A stretch of 64,000 nt of DNA. Origin: an uncultured Acidobacteriota bacterium (GTDB lineage Bacteria > Acidobacteriota > Thermoanaerobaculia > Multivoradales > SZUA-115). Positions 41,718-51,107 of this stretch are shown piece by piece. The position numbers and the translations under genes are program-made. Below the pieces are notes generated by a model. It worked only from the letters and a program-made list of their open reading frames with translations, had not been told where the DNA came from and did not search any database. Within the stretch, counting starts at the first letter, position 1; every line of letters begins with the position of its first letter. Location: assembly GCA_963805975.1 (NCBI GenBank), contig CAWDVR010000001.1:736001-800000 (forward strand). The letters are read 5' to 3'.

Positions 41718-42262
41718 ACGGATCGAACTCGAAGCTCAGGCCCGCGCTGATCGGCGGCGCGGCGTTGGGGGCGGCCTCCGCCATCCCGCCGATCAACTTT
41801 CTCAACTGCGCCTGCTGCGCGCTGGTGATCGGCGGCGGCCTGCTGGCGATGTACCTCTACATGAAGGACTCGCCCCCCGCGCCGCAGCCGCCCTACGGCG
41901 ACGGCGCCATCCTGGGCCTGATGGCCGGCGCCATCGGCGCCGTGGTGGCCACCATCGTCACCATCCCGGTGCAGCTGATCATGGCCAGCTTCATGAACCC
42001 TGAGGGCCAGGCGCAGCAGATCCGCGAGGCCTTCGACCAGGCCGACCTGCCGCCCGCTGTCGAGCAGTTCGTGATCAACATGGCGAGCCCGACGCTCAAC
42101 GCCACCAAGCTGCTGATCGGGCTGGCGATGAACCTGGTGATCTTCGGCATCTTCGCCATGATCGGCGGCATCATCGGCGCCGCGGTCTTCCACAAGAAGG
42201 GCCGGCCCATGGCCCCGGCGCCGTACGAGCCGCCTCCGCCGCCGCCGGTCATGAACGTGTAG
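41714..42262 (+). CDS. Hypothetical 4-TM membrane protein
   Basis: PALIGG...NCACC; Pro-rich C-terminus; ATGA coupling to the upstream gene. Confidence 0.75.
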   Translation: MNGSNSKLRPALIGGAALGAASAIPPINFLNCACCALVIGGGLLAMYLYMKDSPPAPQPPYGDGAILGLMAGAIGAVVATIVTIPVQLIMASFMNPEGQAQQIREAFDQADLPPAVEQFVINMASPTLNATKLLIGLAMNLVIFGIFAMIGGIIGAAVFHKKGRPMAPAPYEPPPPPPVMNV

Positions 42263-42292
42263 GCTGGGGAGCCACGCGGCGGAGCCGCCCGG

Positions 42293-43936
42293 ATGGACAA
42301 ATCGAACCGCGCCCTCTCCGTCGCTTCCGGGATCTTCCTCTCACGCCTGGCCGGCTTCCTACGCGGCCGGGCGATCGCCCACTACTTCGGTGTCGGGCCC
42401 TTTGCCGATGTGTTCGCCACCGCCCTGCGGGCGCCGAACGCGCTGCAGGTGCTGCTCGGCGAGGGCACGCTCTCGGCCTCGTTCATCCCGGTCTACGTGC
42501 GGCTGCTCGAGGCGGGCCGGAAGGAGGAGGCCGGGCGCTTCGCCGGCGCCGTCCTGGGGCTGCTGGTCGCCGTCACCGCCGCTGCCGTGCTCCTGGGGAT
42601 GGCGTTCGCCGGGCCGCTCGTCGCGCTGCTGACGCCCGGCTACCTGGCCGACGCCGGCCGCGTGGCGGCGGGCGAGGCCACGGCCGACCGCTTCGCGCTC
42701 TCGGTGCAGGCGGTGCGCATCGTGTTCCCGATGACCGGCTTCCTGGTGCTCTCGGTCTGGGCGCTGGGCGTCCTCAACAGCCACCGGCGTTTTTTCCTGG
42801 CCTACTTCGCGCCCGTGCTGTGGAACGCGGCGATCCTCGCCGCGCTGGTGGCGGCGGGCCGCGGCTGGTGGCCGGGTGTCGGCGCCGCCAACCTCGACGG
42901 CCTGCTCTACGCCGCCTGCTGGGGGGCGCTCGCCGGAGGGGCGCTGCAGTTCCTGGTGCAGTTGCCTACCGCGCTCTCGCTCCTCGGTGGGCTCCGGCTC
43001 TCGCTGAGCCCGGCCGTGCCGGGAGTGAGGGAAGCGCTGGCTGCCTTCGGCCCGGTGGTGGCGGGCCGGGGCGTGGTCCAGCTCGCCGGCTATCTCGATC
43101 TGATCCTCGCCTCGCTTCTTGCGACTGGCGCCGTGGCGGCGCTCGCCAACGCGCAGGTGCTCTACCTGCTGCCGATCTCGCTTTTCGGCATGTCGGTGGC
43201 GGCGGCGGAGCTGCCGGAGCTGGCGCGGGCGGGCGCCGCTTCGCGCGGCCGGCTCGCCGAACGGCTGTCGGGGGGGCTGGGGCAGGTCGCCTTCCTGACC
43301 GTGCCGGCGGCGCTCGGCTACCTCTTCTTCGGGTTTCTGATCGTGGGCGCTCTCTACCGCACGGGCCGCTTCGGCGAGGCCGAGACCTGGCTCGTCACCT
43401 GGGTGCTCGCCGGCTACGCCCTGGGCCTGCCGGCGAGCACGCTGTCGCGGCTGCTCCAGAACAGCTTCTACGCCCTCTCCGACACCCGCACGCCGGCCCG
43501 TATCGCCGGGCTGCGGGTAGCCGTGGCCGCTGCCGCCGCGGTGCCGCTCATGGTTTGGCTCGACCGCTACACGGTACCGGGCTCGGAGCTGCGGCTGGGT
43601 GCGGTGGGATTGGCCCTCGGCGCCTCGCTCGGCGCCTGGCTCGAGCTCTGGCGGCTGCGGAAGGCGCTCGCCGTAGAGGTCCCAGATCTCGCGTGGCCCT
43701 GGCCCGAGCTCGGCCGGATGCTCGCCGCCGCGGCGCTCGCGGCGCTGCCGGCCGCGCTTCTCTGGTGGCTCGCCGCCCGGCTGCACCCGGTGCTCGCCGC
43801 GGCCCTGGTGCTGGCGCCCTTCGCGGTGCTGTACTTTCTGATAGCGCGCTGGTTGGGGCTCCGGCAGACTGAGCGGTGGCTCGGGAGCCGCTTTCGTCGC
43901 GGCGGAGGGAACAAGCGCGGGGGGGGCCGCGTTTAA
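42293..43936 (+). CDS. murJ: Lipid II flippase MurJ (MviN)
   Basis: SRLAGFLR, LRAPN..LLGEGTLSASFIP, LPISLFG, FYALSDTRTP. Confidence 0.92.
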   Translation: MDKSNRALSVASGIFLSRLAGFLRGRAIAHYFGVGPFADVFATALRAPNALQVLLGEGTLSASFIPVYVRLLEAGRKEEAGRFAGAVLGLLVAVTAAAVLLGMAFAGPLVALLTPGYLADAGRVAAGEATADRFALSVQAVRIVFPMTGFLVLSVWALGVLNSHRRFFLAYFAPVLWNAAILAALVAAGRGWWPGVGAANLDGLLYAACWGALAGGALQFLVQLPTALSLLGGLRLSLSPAVPGVREALAAFGPVVAGRGVVQLAGYLDLILASLLATGAVAALANAQVLYLLPISLFGMSVAAAELPELARAGAASRGRLAERLSGGLGQVAFLTVPAALGYLFFGFLIVGALYRTGRFGEAETWLVTWVLAGYALGLPASTLSRLLQNSFYALSDTRTPARIAGLRVAVAAAAAVPLMVWLDRYTVPGSELRLGAVGLALGASLGAWLELWRLRKALAVEVPDLAWPWPELGRMLAAAALAALPAALLWWLAARLHPVLAAALVLAPFAVLYFLIARWLGLRQTERWLGSRFRRGGGNKRGGGRV

Positions 43937-43960
43937 TTGCTTTGAGGAGCCTCATCGACC

Positions 43961-44542
43961 ATGGACACTCTGCTCAGCGTCTGTCTCGGCATCGGTCTCG
44001 CGGCGGCTTGCGGCTTCCGCATCTTCGTGCCGTTCCTGCTCATGAACCTGGCGGCGCGAGCGGGCTACCTGTCGGTGGCGGGCGGCTTCGAGTGGATCGG
44101 CTCGACGCCGGCGCTGATCCTCTTCGCGGTCGCGACCGGCCTCGAGATCGCGGCCTACTACGTTCCCTGGCTCGACAACGCCCTCGACACCGTGGCGGGG
44201 CCGCTCGCGGTGGTGGCCGGCGTGGTGATGATGGCCTCGTCGGTCACCGGCATGAACCCGATGCTCAAGTGGACGCTGGCGCTGATCGCCGGCGGGGGCG
44301 CGGCCGGGCTGGTGGCCGGCCTCACGGGCGCCGCCCGCGGCGCTTCGAGCCTCACTACCGGCGGCGCTGCCAACTTCCTGGTGGCGAGCGTCGAGGCGGT
44401 GGGCTCGGTCGCCATGTCGGTGCTGGCCATGGCCCTGCCGCTGGTTGCCGCCGTGCTCTTCGCGGTGGCCGTGTTCCTGGCCTTTCGCTGGCTCGCGACG
44501 CGGGTCGCCGGGGGATCCCCGGCGGCCGCCGCGAGCGGATGA
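43961..44542 (+). CDS. DUF4126 membrane protein
   Basis: GIGLAAACGFRIFVP...EIAAYYVPWLDNALD. Confidence 0.88.
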   Translation: MDTLLSVCLGIGLAAACGFRIFVPFLLMNLAARAGYLSVAGGFEWIGSTPALILFAVATGLEIAAYYVPWLDNALDTVAGPLAVVAGVVMMASSVTGMNPMLKWTLALIAGGGAAGLVAGLTGAARGASSLTTGGAANFLVASVEAVGSVAMSVLAMALPLVAAVLFAVAVFLAFRWLATRVAGGSPAAAASG

Positions 44543-44546
44543 GGAC

Positions 44547-45671
44547 ATGGGCCGGTCTCCCGCAGCCGGGCTCGCGTGGATGCTCCTCCTGGGCGCCGGC
44601 TGCGCCTCGGCGCCGCCGCCCGCCAAGCCCTGGCGCCAGGCCCTGGAGGCCGAGCTCGCCGGCCGCGGCTTCTCTCCGACCGCCCTGACCATCCCTTTCG
44701 AGATCGATCCCTCCGGCCGCGCCTGGCTGGCCCAGGAGAAGCCGCTCTCCGAACCCGACGCGGACCCTCTGCAACGCCTGCTCGATCGCATGGTGGCAGA
44801 GGACGGCCTCGGCATCACCTACCTCCGGAGCTTCACCGGCACGGCAACGGAGGTGATGGAGCAGCGCAAGGCCAACTGCCTGGGCTTCGTCAACCTGTTC
44901 GTGGCCATGGCCCGGGAGCTGGGCCTCGAGGCCTTCTTCGTGGCGGTCGAGGATCGCCCGGTCTACGACCGTGCGGGGGACCTGGTGCTGATCTCCGACC
45001 ACGTCTCGGCCGGTTTCTTCAGCGCCGGCGAGCTTCGGCTGCTCGACTTCCAGGCGGGGGAGGACCCCTCGTACAAGCAGGTGCGCCCGGTCTCGGACCT
45101 CGACGCGCTGGCCCGGTACTACTCGAACCGCGGCGCCGAGCTGGTCCGCGAGGGCAAGGCCCGGGAAGCCAAGGGGTGGCTGGAGACGGCGGTGCGGATC
45201 GCGCCTTCGCTGCCGGCGAGCTGGGTGAACCTCGGCGTGGCGCGGCGGCGGATCGGGGACCTGCCGGGAGCCGAGGCGGCGTATCGCACGGCGCTCGAGA
45301 CGGACCCCGCTACGCTCTCCGCCTACCAGAACCTGGCCGCGCTGCTGCGCTTGCGCGGGCAGGAAGAAGAGGCCATCCGGCTGCTCGCCGCGACGGAGAA
45401 GGCCGGCAACCGGAACCCGTACAGCTACCTGTCGCTGGGCGACTGGAACCGCGAATCGGGCCGGCTGGAGGAGGCCCGGCGCTGCTATCGGCGGGCGCTG
45501 TTGCTGGACAGTCTCAAGGCCGAGCCCTACGCGGCGCTGGGGGAGCTGGAGCTCGAGGGCGGCCACCTCGACCGCGCGCGCCGCTGGTTGCGCAAGGCCA
45601 AAAAGCTCGACCCCGCGGACGAGCGCACGTCGAGCCTCGAGCAGCGGCTGGCGGGGCGGCAGGCGAGCTGA
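44547..45671 (+). CDS. Transglutaminase-like plus TPR lipoprotein
   Basis: Lipobox GAGC; ANCL, HV and LDF candidate Cys-His-Asp triad; C-terminal TPR repeats. Confidence 0.78.
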   Translation: MGRSPAAGLAWMLLLGAGCASAPPPAKPWRQALEAELAGRGFSPTALTIPFEIDPSGRAWLAQEKPLSEPDADPLQRLLDRMVAEDGLGITYLRSFTGTATEVMEQRKANCLGFVNLFVAMARELGLEAFFVAVEDRPVYDRAGDLVLISDHVSAGFFSAGELRLLDFQAGEDPSYKQVRPVSDLDALARYYSNRGAELVREGKAREAKGWLETAVRIAPSLPASWVNLGVARRRIGDLPGAEAAYRTALETDPATLSAYQNLAALLRLRGQEEEAIRLLAATEKAGNRNPYSYLSLGDWNRESGRLEEARRCYRRALLLDSLKAEPYAALGELELEGGHLDRARRWLRKAKKLDPADERTSSLEQRLAGRQAS

Positions 45672-45676
45672 CCGGC

Positions 45677-45800
45677 GCCCCTCACCCCGTCCCTCTCCCC
45701 GCTAACGCGGGGCGAGGGCGCCACCGCCCGCCCCTGAGAACCACAGGCCACCCTCCGGTCCCCTCTCCCCGCTTGCGGGGAGAGGGCCAGGGTGAGGGGC
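45677..45800. repeat. REP/REPIN-like palindromic element (CCCTCACCC...CCCTCTCCC...GGGAGAGGG type)
   Basis: Terminal inverted repeat GCCCCTCACCC/GGGTGAGGGGC enclosing two hairpins; related copy at 54886-54970. Confidence 0.75.
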
Positions 45801-45850
45801 CCTGGATCCACTCTTGACGCCCTCCCCTCCCTCTGCTTTGCTCCGCCCGC

Positions 45851-48088
45851 ATGGCTCAGCCCTCGACGTGGCGTATCTGGGTCGACACCGGCGGGACGTT
45901 CACGGACTGCCTGGCGGTCGACCCCGGCGGTGCGCTGCACCGCGCCAAGGTGCTCTCCACCAGCGCGCTGCGCGGGCGCGTGGTGGCGGTGCTCGACGGC
46001 CGGCACGTCGAGATCGAAGCGCCGTGGCAGGCGCCGGACGGTTTCTTCGCCGGCTTCGAGTGGCGGCGGCTCGGGGGCGGGGAGACGACCGCGGTCTCCG
46101 GCTACGACGCGGCCTCGCGCGTGGTCGAGCTGGCCGCCGAGCCGACGCCGGAGCCGGTGGCCGGAGAGGGTTTCGAGCTGCTGTCGGAGGAAGAGGCGCC
46201 GGTGCTCGCGGTGCGGCTGGTCACCGGCACGGTGCCGGGCCGGTCCCTGCCGCCGGTCGCGCTTCGCCTCGCCACCACCCGCGGCACCAACGCCCTGCTC
46301 GAAGGCAAGGGCGCGCAGACGGCGCTGTTCATCACCCGTGGCTTCGGAGACTTGCTCGAGATCGGCACCCAGCAGCGGCCGGACCTCTTCGCGCTGGCGG
46401 TGGTCAAGCCGCGGCCGCTGCCGGCAGTGGTGGTGGAGGTCGAGGAGCGGCTGGCGGCCGACGGCTCGGTGCTGGTGCCGCTCGACCCCGCCGCGGTGGA
46501 GCGCGCCGGAATCGAGCTCAGGGCGCGAGGGATCGAAGCGGCGGCCGTCGCTTTCCTCCATTCCTACCGCAACCCTGCCCACGAGCAAGCCGCGGCGGCG
46601 GCGCTCCGGCGAGCCGGCATCGCCCAGGTCTCGGCCTCGGCGGAGCTCGCGCCGCGCATCAAGATCCTGCCGCGCGCCGAGACCGCGGTGGTGGACGCCT
46701 ACCTCGGACCCGTGATCCGCGGCTATCTCGAGCGCGTGGCCACGGCCCTGGGGAGCGGCAGCAGCCTGCACGTGATGACCAGCGCCGGGGGCCTGGCCCG
46801 TGCCGAGTCCTTTCATCCCAAGGACAGCCTCCTCTCCGGGCCGGCGGGCGGCGTGGTGGGAGCCGCGCGCGCCGGGCGGCGGGCCGGCTTCCGGCGGCTG
46901 ATCGGCTTCGACATGGGCGGCACCTCGACCGACGTGGCCCGCTACGACGGCGACTTCGACTACACCTTCGAGCACCAGGTGGGCCGGGCGCGGCTGGCGG
47001 CGCCGGCGCTCGCGGTCGAGACCGTGGCAGCGGGCGGCGGCTCGACCTGCGCCTTCGACGGCACGCAGCTCCTGGTGGGCCCGGAGAGCGCCGGGGCCCG
47101 GCCGGGCCCCGCCTGCTACGGCGCCGGCGGGCCGCTGACCCTGACCGACGTCAACCTGCTCCTCGGCCGGCTGGCGCCCGGCTTCTTCGGCATCCCGCTC
47201 GACCAAGAGGCGGCCGAGCGGGCGTTCCGGGAGCTGCTGGCCCCCCTGCACCGCTCCTCGCCGGCCGTCGAGCCCGAGGCCGTGCTGGAGGGCCTGCTCG
47301 CGATCGCCGACGAGCGCATGGCCGGCGCCATCCGCACCCTTTCCGTGGCGCGCGGCTACGACCCCGCCGACTACGCTCTGCTCGCCTTCGGTGGCGCCGG
47401 CGGCCAGCACGCCTGCGCGGTGGCGGCTCTGCTGGGGATCTCGACCGTGATCGTGCCTCCGGACGCGGGCCTCCTGTCCGCCGCGGGGCTGGGCGCGGCC
47501 GTGGTCGAACGGTTCCGGGAGCGGCAGGTGCTGGCGCCGCTCTCCGAGGTCGAGGCGGAGCTTCCGGCCTGGCTGGCGAGCCTCGGGCGCGAGGCCGCCG
47601 CGGCGGTTGCGGCCGAGGGCGTGGCGGAGCAGGAGATCGTCGTCCGGCGCCGCATGGTGCACCTTCGTCTCCTCGGCCAGGAGGCGTCGCTCGCCGTCGA
47701 ATGGAGCGAGGGCGAAGACTTGGCCGCGGCTTTCGTCACTGCCTACCAGAGCCTCTACGGCTACCGGCCTCTGGCCGGGTGCGCGGTGGAGATCGAGTCG
47801 CTGCGGGTGGTGGCCTCGTCGCGGCCGGAGCCGGAGCTTGCGGTCGGTCCCGTCCCGAGCGGCCATGCGGCCCGGGCGAGCGGCCGGAGCCGTGCGTTCT
47901 TCGATGGCGCCTGGCGCGAGACGGCGGCCTTCGCCCGCCACGAGCTCGAGCCCGGGGCGGAGCTCCTTAGCCCGGGCCTGGTGCTGGAGGCCCACGCCAC
48001 CACGGTGGTGCCGCCCGGCTGGCAGGGGAGAGTCGACGCGAGCGGCGCACTGATACTGACTTTGAGCGAGATCAAGGAGATCCCATGA
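45851..48088 (+). CDS. Hydantoinase A / ATP-dependent 5-oxoprolinase, N-terminal half
   Basis: VDTGGTFTD, TTRGTNALLE, LSGPAGGVVG, DMGGTSTDV, GPESAGA.PGPACYG. Confidence 0.92.
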   Translation: MAQPSTWRIWVDTGGTFTDCLAVDPGGALHRAKVLSTSALRGRVVAVLDGRHVEIEAPWQAPDGFFAGFEWRRLGGGETTAVSGYDAASRVVELAAEPTPEPVAGEGFELLSEEEAPVLAVRLVTGTVPGRSLPPVALRLATTRGTNALLEGKGAQTALFITRGFGDLLEIGTQQRPDLFALAVVKPRPLPAVVVEVEERLAADGSVLVPLDPAAVERAGIELRARGIEAAAVAFLHSYRNPAHEQAAAAALRRAGIAQVSASAELAPRIKILPRAETAVVDAYLGPVIRGYLERVATALGSGSSLHVMTSAGGLARAESFHPKDSLLSGPAGGVVGAARAGRRAGFRRLIGFDMGGTSTDVARYDGDFDYTFEHQVGRARLAAPALAVETVAAGGGSTCAFDGTQLLVGPESAGARPGPACYGAGGPLTLTDVNLLLGRLAPGFFGIPLDQEAAERAFRELLAPLHRSSPAVEPEAVLEGLLAIADERMAGAIRTLSVARGYDPADYALLAFGGAGGQHACAVAALLGISTVIVPPDAGLLSAAGLGAAVVERFRERQVLAPLSEVEAELPAWLASLGREAAAAVAAEGVAEQEIVVRRRMVHLRLLGQEASLAVEWSEGEDLAAAFVTAYQSLYGYRPLAGCAVEIESLRVVASSRPEPELAVGPVPSGHAARASGRSRAFFDGAWRETAAFARHELEPGAELLSPGLVLEAHATTVVPPGWQGRVDASGALILTLSEIKEIP

Positions 48089-48639
48089 ACGGACGCGGAT
48101 GGAGAGCCTGGATCCTGGCCCTGGCGTCGAGCGGCATCGTGCTCGCCGCGGCGGCGCAGCCACCGGCCCCGCCGGGCGAGACGAGTGTCGGCGTCGAGGT
48201 CGCGCGCCTCAACGCCAGCCTCCAGGAGCTGGTGGCGCTGATGAAGAAGCAGCTCGACGGGCAGCGGATCGAGCTTCTGATGCGCCAGGTGGAGCTCAAG
48301 CGCAGCAAGCTGGCGCCGTTCGAGGCCGAGCTGCGCTCGACGCGTGCCGCGCGGGACGGCGCCGAGCAGGAGCTGCAGAACCTGAAGGTCAACCAGGAAC
48401 AGATGGAGCAGAGCCTCGAGGCCGAGCTCGGGTCCACGGACGGCACGCCCGAGCAGGCGGAGCAGATGGAGAAGATGGTCGAGCAGAGCCTGCGCCATTT
48501 CGTCCTCCAGACCAAGATGACCAGAGACCGCCTGGCGAGCCTGGAGCAGAAGCTGCAGATCCTCGACAGCGACGCGGCGACGGCCCGTGCCGAGGTCGAG
48601 CACTGGGAGGCGCTCGTCGAACGCGAGCTGCAAAGGTAG
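48085..48639 (+). CDS. Secreted coiled-coil hypothetical protein
   Basis: Signal peptide; heptad-rich E/Q/L sequence; AAGGAG ribosome-binding site. Confidence 0.75.
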   Translation: MNGRGWRAWILALASSGIVLAAAAQPPAPPGETSVGVEVARLNASLQELVALMKKQLDGQRIELLMRQVELKRSKLAPFEAELRSTRAARDGAEQELQNLKVNQEQMEQSLEAELGSTDGTPEQAEQMEKMVEQSLRHFVLQTKMTRDRLASLEQKLQILDSDAATARAEVEHWEALVERELQR

Positions 48640-48653
48640 CTCGACAAAAAAGA

Positions 48654-48671
48654 GAACGGTCGTGCTATTCT
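48654..48671 (+). promoter_or_regulatory. Putative TetR operator overlapping the -10 box (TATTCT) of a leaderless tetR gene
   Basis: GAACGGTCGTGCT (reverse complement AGCACGACCGTTC); near-identical site at 49313-49325. Confidence 0.65.
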
Positions 48672-48677
48672 GGCGGC

Positions 48678-49268
48678 GTGTCCAAGGGTGAAGAGACCCG
48701 GGCCGCGATCCTCGATGCGGCGCTCGCCTCGGCCAGCCGTGTCGGTCTGGGGGCGCTCAGCCTGGGGGACCTCGCCCAGCAGGTAGGCCTGTCGAAGAGC
48801 GGCCTCTTCGCCCACTTCGAGTCGAAAGAGCATCTGCAGTTGGAGGTGGTGCAGCGCGCAAAGGATCGCTTCGTCGAAGTGGTCATCGGCCCCGCCTTGC
48901 GCCAGCCACGCGGCGAGCCCCGCGTCCGCGCCCTCTACGAGAACTGGTTCCGCTGGTCGAGCGCCAGCGAGCTGCCCGGCGGCTGCGTGTTCATCGCCGC
49001 GGCCAGCGAGCTCGACGATCGGCCCGGCCCGCTCCGGGACTCGATCGTCGCCGCACAGCGGGACTGGCTGGGGGTGCTGGCGCAGGCCGCCCGCATCGCC
49101 ATCGAGGAAGGCCAGTTCCGCGCCGGGCTCGACGCCGACCAGTTCGCCTGGGAAGTGAAAGCCACGATCCTCGCCTACCATCACTTCGCCCGCCTGCTCC
49201 AAGCCGAGGACGCGAAGGCCCGTGCCTTCCGCGCCTTCGAAGCCCTGCTCACCTCCGCCCGCGCCTGA
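48678..49268 (+). CDS. TetR/AcrR family regulator
   Basis: TRAAILDAA...LAQQVGLSKSGLFAHFESKEHL; GGCVF. Confidence 0.93.
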   Translation: MSKGEETRAAILDAALASASRVGLGALSLGDLAQQVGLSKSGLFAHFESKEHLQLEVVQRAKDRFVEVVIGPALRQPRGEPRVRALYENWFRWSSASELPGGCVFIAAASELDDRPGPLRDSIVAAQRDWLGVLAQAARIAIEEGQFRAGLDADQFAWEVKATILAYHHFARLLQAEDAKARAFRAFEALLTSARA

Positions 49269-49279
49269 AGGAGATCCCC

Positions 49280-50194
49280 ATGGTCGAGACGGTCCTCGCC
49301 GGAGCAGAAAAAAGCACGATCGTTCGGTCTCATTTTGACGCGCCACCCCCGCCGCCACCCGGCGCCGGCCTGCTCGGTGCGGTGGTGCGCGCCGCGGACC
49401 AGCTCTCGCCCGCCTGGGGCGCGAGCCTCGCCGCCCGGCTCTTCACCACGACCCGGCGCCGTCGCACGCCGGCCCGCGAAGCGGCGTGGCTCGCAACGGC
49501 CGAGCGCTCGACGCTCGTCGTGGGCAGCCACCGGCTGGCGGCCTGGACCTGGGAGGCCATGGGCGACGGCGAGGGCGGACCCACCGTGCTCCTGATCCAC
49601 GGCTGGGAGGGCCGTGCCTCGCAGCTCGGCGCGGTCGCCTCGGCGCTCGCCGGGGCCGGCTGCCGTGCGATCGCGGTGGACCTTCCGGCGCACGGCGAGA
49701 CCGCCGGCCGGCGCACCAATCTCTACGAGATGGCCTCGGTGGTCGAGGGCCTGGCCACGCGGCTGGGCCCGCTCGCCGGCATCGTCGCCCACTCGTTCGG
49801 AGCGGCGGCCACCACGGTGGCTCTGCGCCGTCCGCTCGACGTGGAGCGGCTGGTCTACCTGGCGCCGTCCGAGGACTTCAATCATTTCACCGGCCTCTTC
49901 GGACGCTGGCTCGGCCTCGAGGCCTCGCTCGTCGAGCGCATGCAGCAGTCGATCGAGCGCCGCATCGGCATCGGCTGGAACGAGCTCCGTGCCTCCCACC
50001 TGGCGCCGTCGATGACTAAACCGCTGCTGATCTTCCACGACGAGCAGGATGCCGACGTGCCCGCCAGTCACGGCCTGACCTATGCCGCGCGCTGGCCCGG
50101 CGCGCGGCTCGTTACCACCCGCGGCCTCGGGCATCGGCGCATCCTGCGCCAGCCGGAAGTGGTGACGGCGGTGGTGGACTTTCTTCGAAGATAG
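49280..50194 (+). CDS. Alpha/beta hydrolase
   Basis: LIHGWEG, AHSFG nucleophile motif, HDEQDADVP, GLGHRRIL. Confidence 0.9.
   Translation: MVETVLAGAEKSTIVRSHFDAPPPPPPGAGLLGAVVRAADQLSPAWGASLAARLFTTTRRRRTPAREAAWLATAERSTLVVGSHRLAAWTWEAMGDGEGGPTVLLIHGWEGRASQLGAVASALAGAGCRAIAVDLPAHGETAGRRTNLYEMASVVEGLATRLGPLAGIVAHSFGAAATTVALRRPLDVERLVYLAPSEDFNHFTGLFGRWLGLEASLVERMQQSIERRIGIGWNELRASHLAPSMTKPLLIFHDEQDADVPASHGLTYAARWPGARLVTTRGLGHRRILRQPEVVTAVVDFLRR
49313..49325 (+). promoter_or_regulatory. Second putative TetR operator, inside the 5' end of the hydrolase ORF
   Basis: AGCACGATCGTTC, 12/13 identical to the inverted upstream site. Confidence 0.6.
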
Positions 50195-50331
50195 GAATCG
50201 CAATTTGGCTATTTAAGGTCACGAAAGTGCAGGTAGGCGCACTCCTGTGGTTAGAGCACACGAGAAACCACCTCGGCCGGACGTGGACGGACAAGGCCCG
50301 CCCAGGCCGGCCCTCAACAAGGAGAAGCTCC

Positions 50332-50997
50332 ATGCTGCGCAAGATCCTGCTCGTCGCGTCCGTGTCCCTGCTCGCGGCTTCGGCTGCCTGGGCCAAGCCG
50401 CCGGTCTACTTCAGCTTCGCCTCGGACGACTACCACGAAGGGCCGACCTTCAAGGCCAGCGGCGCCCTGTTGTATGGCCAGGGTCGGGTCGACCTGATGG
50501 TCGATCAGCAGAGCGATTTCGAGGGCGGGGTGGTGATCTTCCCGAGCTTCTTCGAGCTCAAGGCCCAGATGCACTCGTACAACGTGGTGGCGGTCGGCCC
50601 TGCCTTCCTCCACATCTGGGAGTATGAAGGCGAGCTCAGCTTCACCCACTACGACACCGCGTTCGGCTTCCCGCTGTTGCTGACGACCCGGTTCAAGTAC
50701 GCGGTGCTGACCAGCCAGTCGCCCTCCGCCACGCAGGCGGGAGAGACGATGACTCTCCAGGCCTCGCAGAGCGTGGACTCCAACGTGGTCTTCCGGGACG
50801 GTGCCGGCCTCGAGGCGGTGCTGAATCTGGTCTACCCGGACGACTATGTCGGCTACAGCTCGGACTTCGCCTTCACCTTCACCAACGTGCGCAGCGGCGG
50901 CCTCGTCGGCCCGCCGCCGAACGTGGACCCCGGCGGCAAGTTCCGCGACGATTGGGAGTCCGAGGGCAGCTTCTCGGCCTCGGGCGGGAACGGCTGA
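50332..50997 (+). CDS. Secreted beta-rich hypothetical protein
   Basis: AAGGAG ribosome-binding site; signal peptide MLRKILLVASVSLLAASAAWA; aromatic-rich beta strands. Confidence 0.78.
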   Translation: MLRKILLVASVSLLAASAAWAKPPVYFSFASDDYHEGPTFKASGALLYGQGRVDLMVDQQSDFEGGVVIFPSFFELKAQMHSYNVVAVGPAFLHIWEYEGELSFTHYDTAFGFPLLLTTRFKYAVLTSQSPSATQAGETMTLQASQSVDSNVVFRDGAGLEAVLNLVYPDDYVGYSSDFAFTFTNVRSGGLVGPPPNVDPGGKFRDDWESEGSFSASGGNG

Positions 50998-51107
50998 CGT
51001 TCGTAGCGATCGGATAGGAAACGGAAACCGGTAGTAGTCAATCGATACGCCCCCTCGGGCCGTGAGGACGGCAGCGGCGAAATCGATACACTGTCTCCGG
51101 TTTCCCC

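Noticed and set aside
50998-51107. GGAAACGGAAACCGG segment as a possible riboswitch
   Set aside because: I could not build the paired stems of any known riboswitch.
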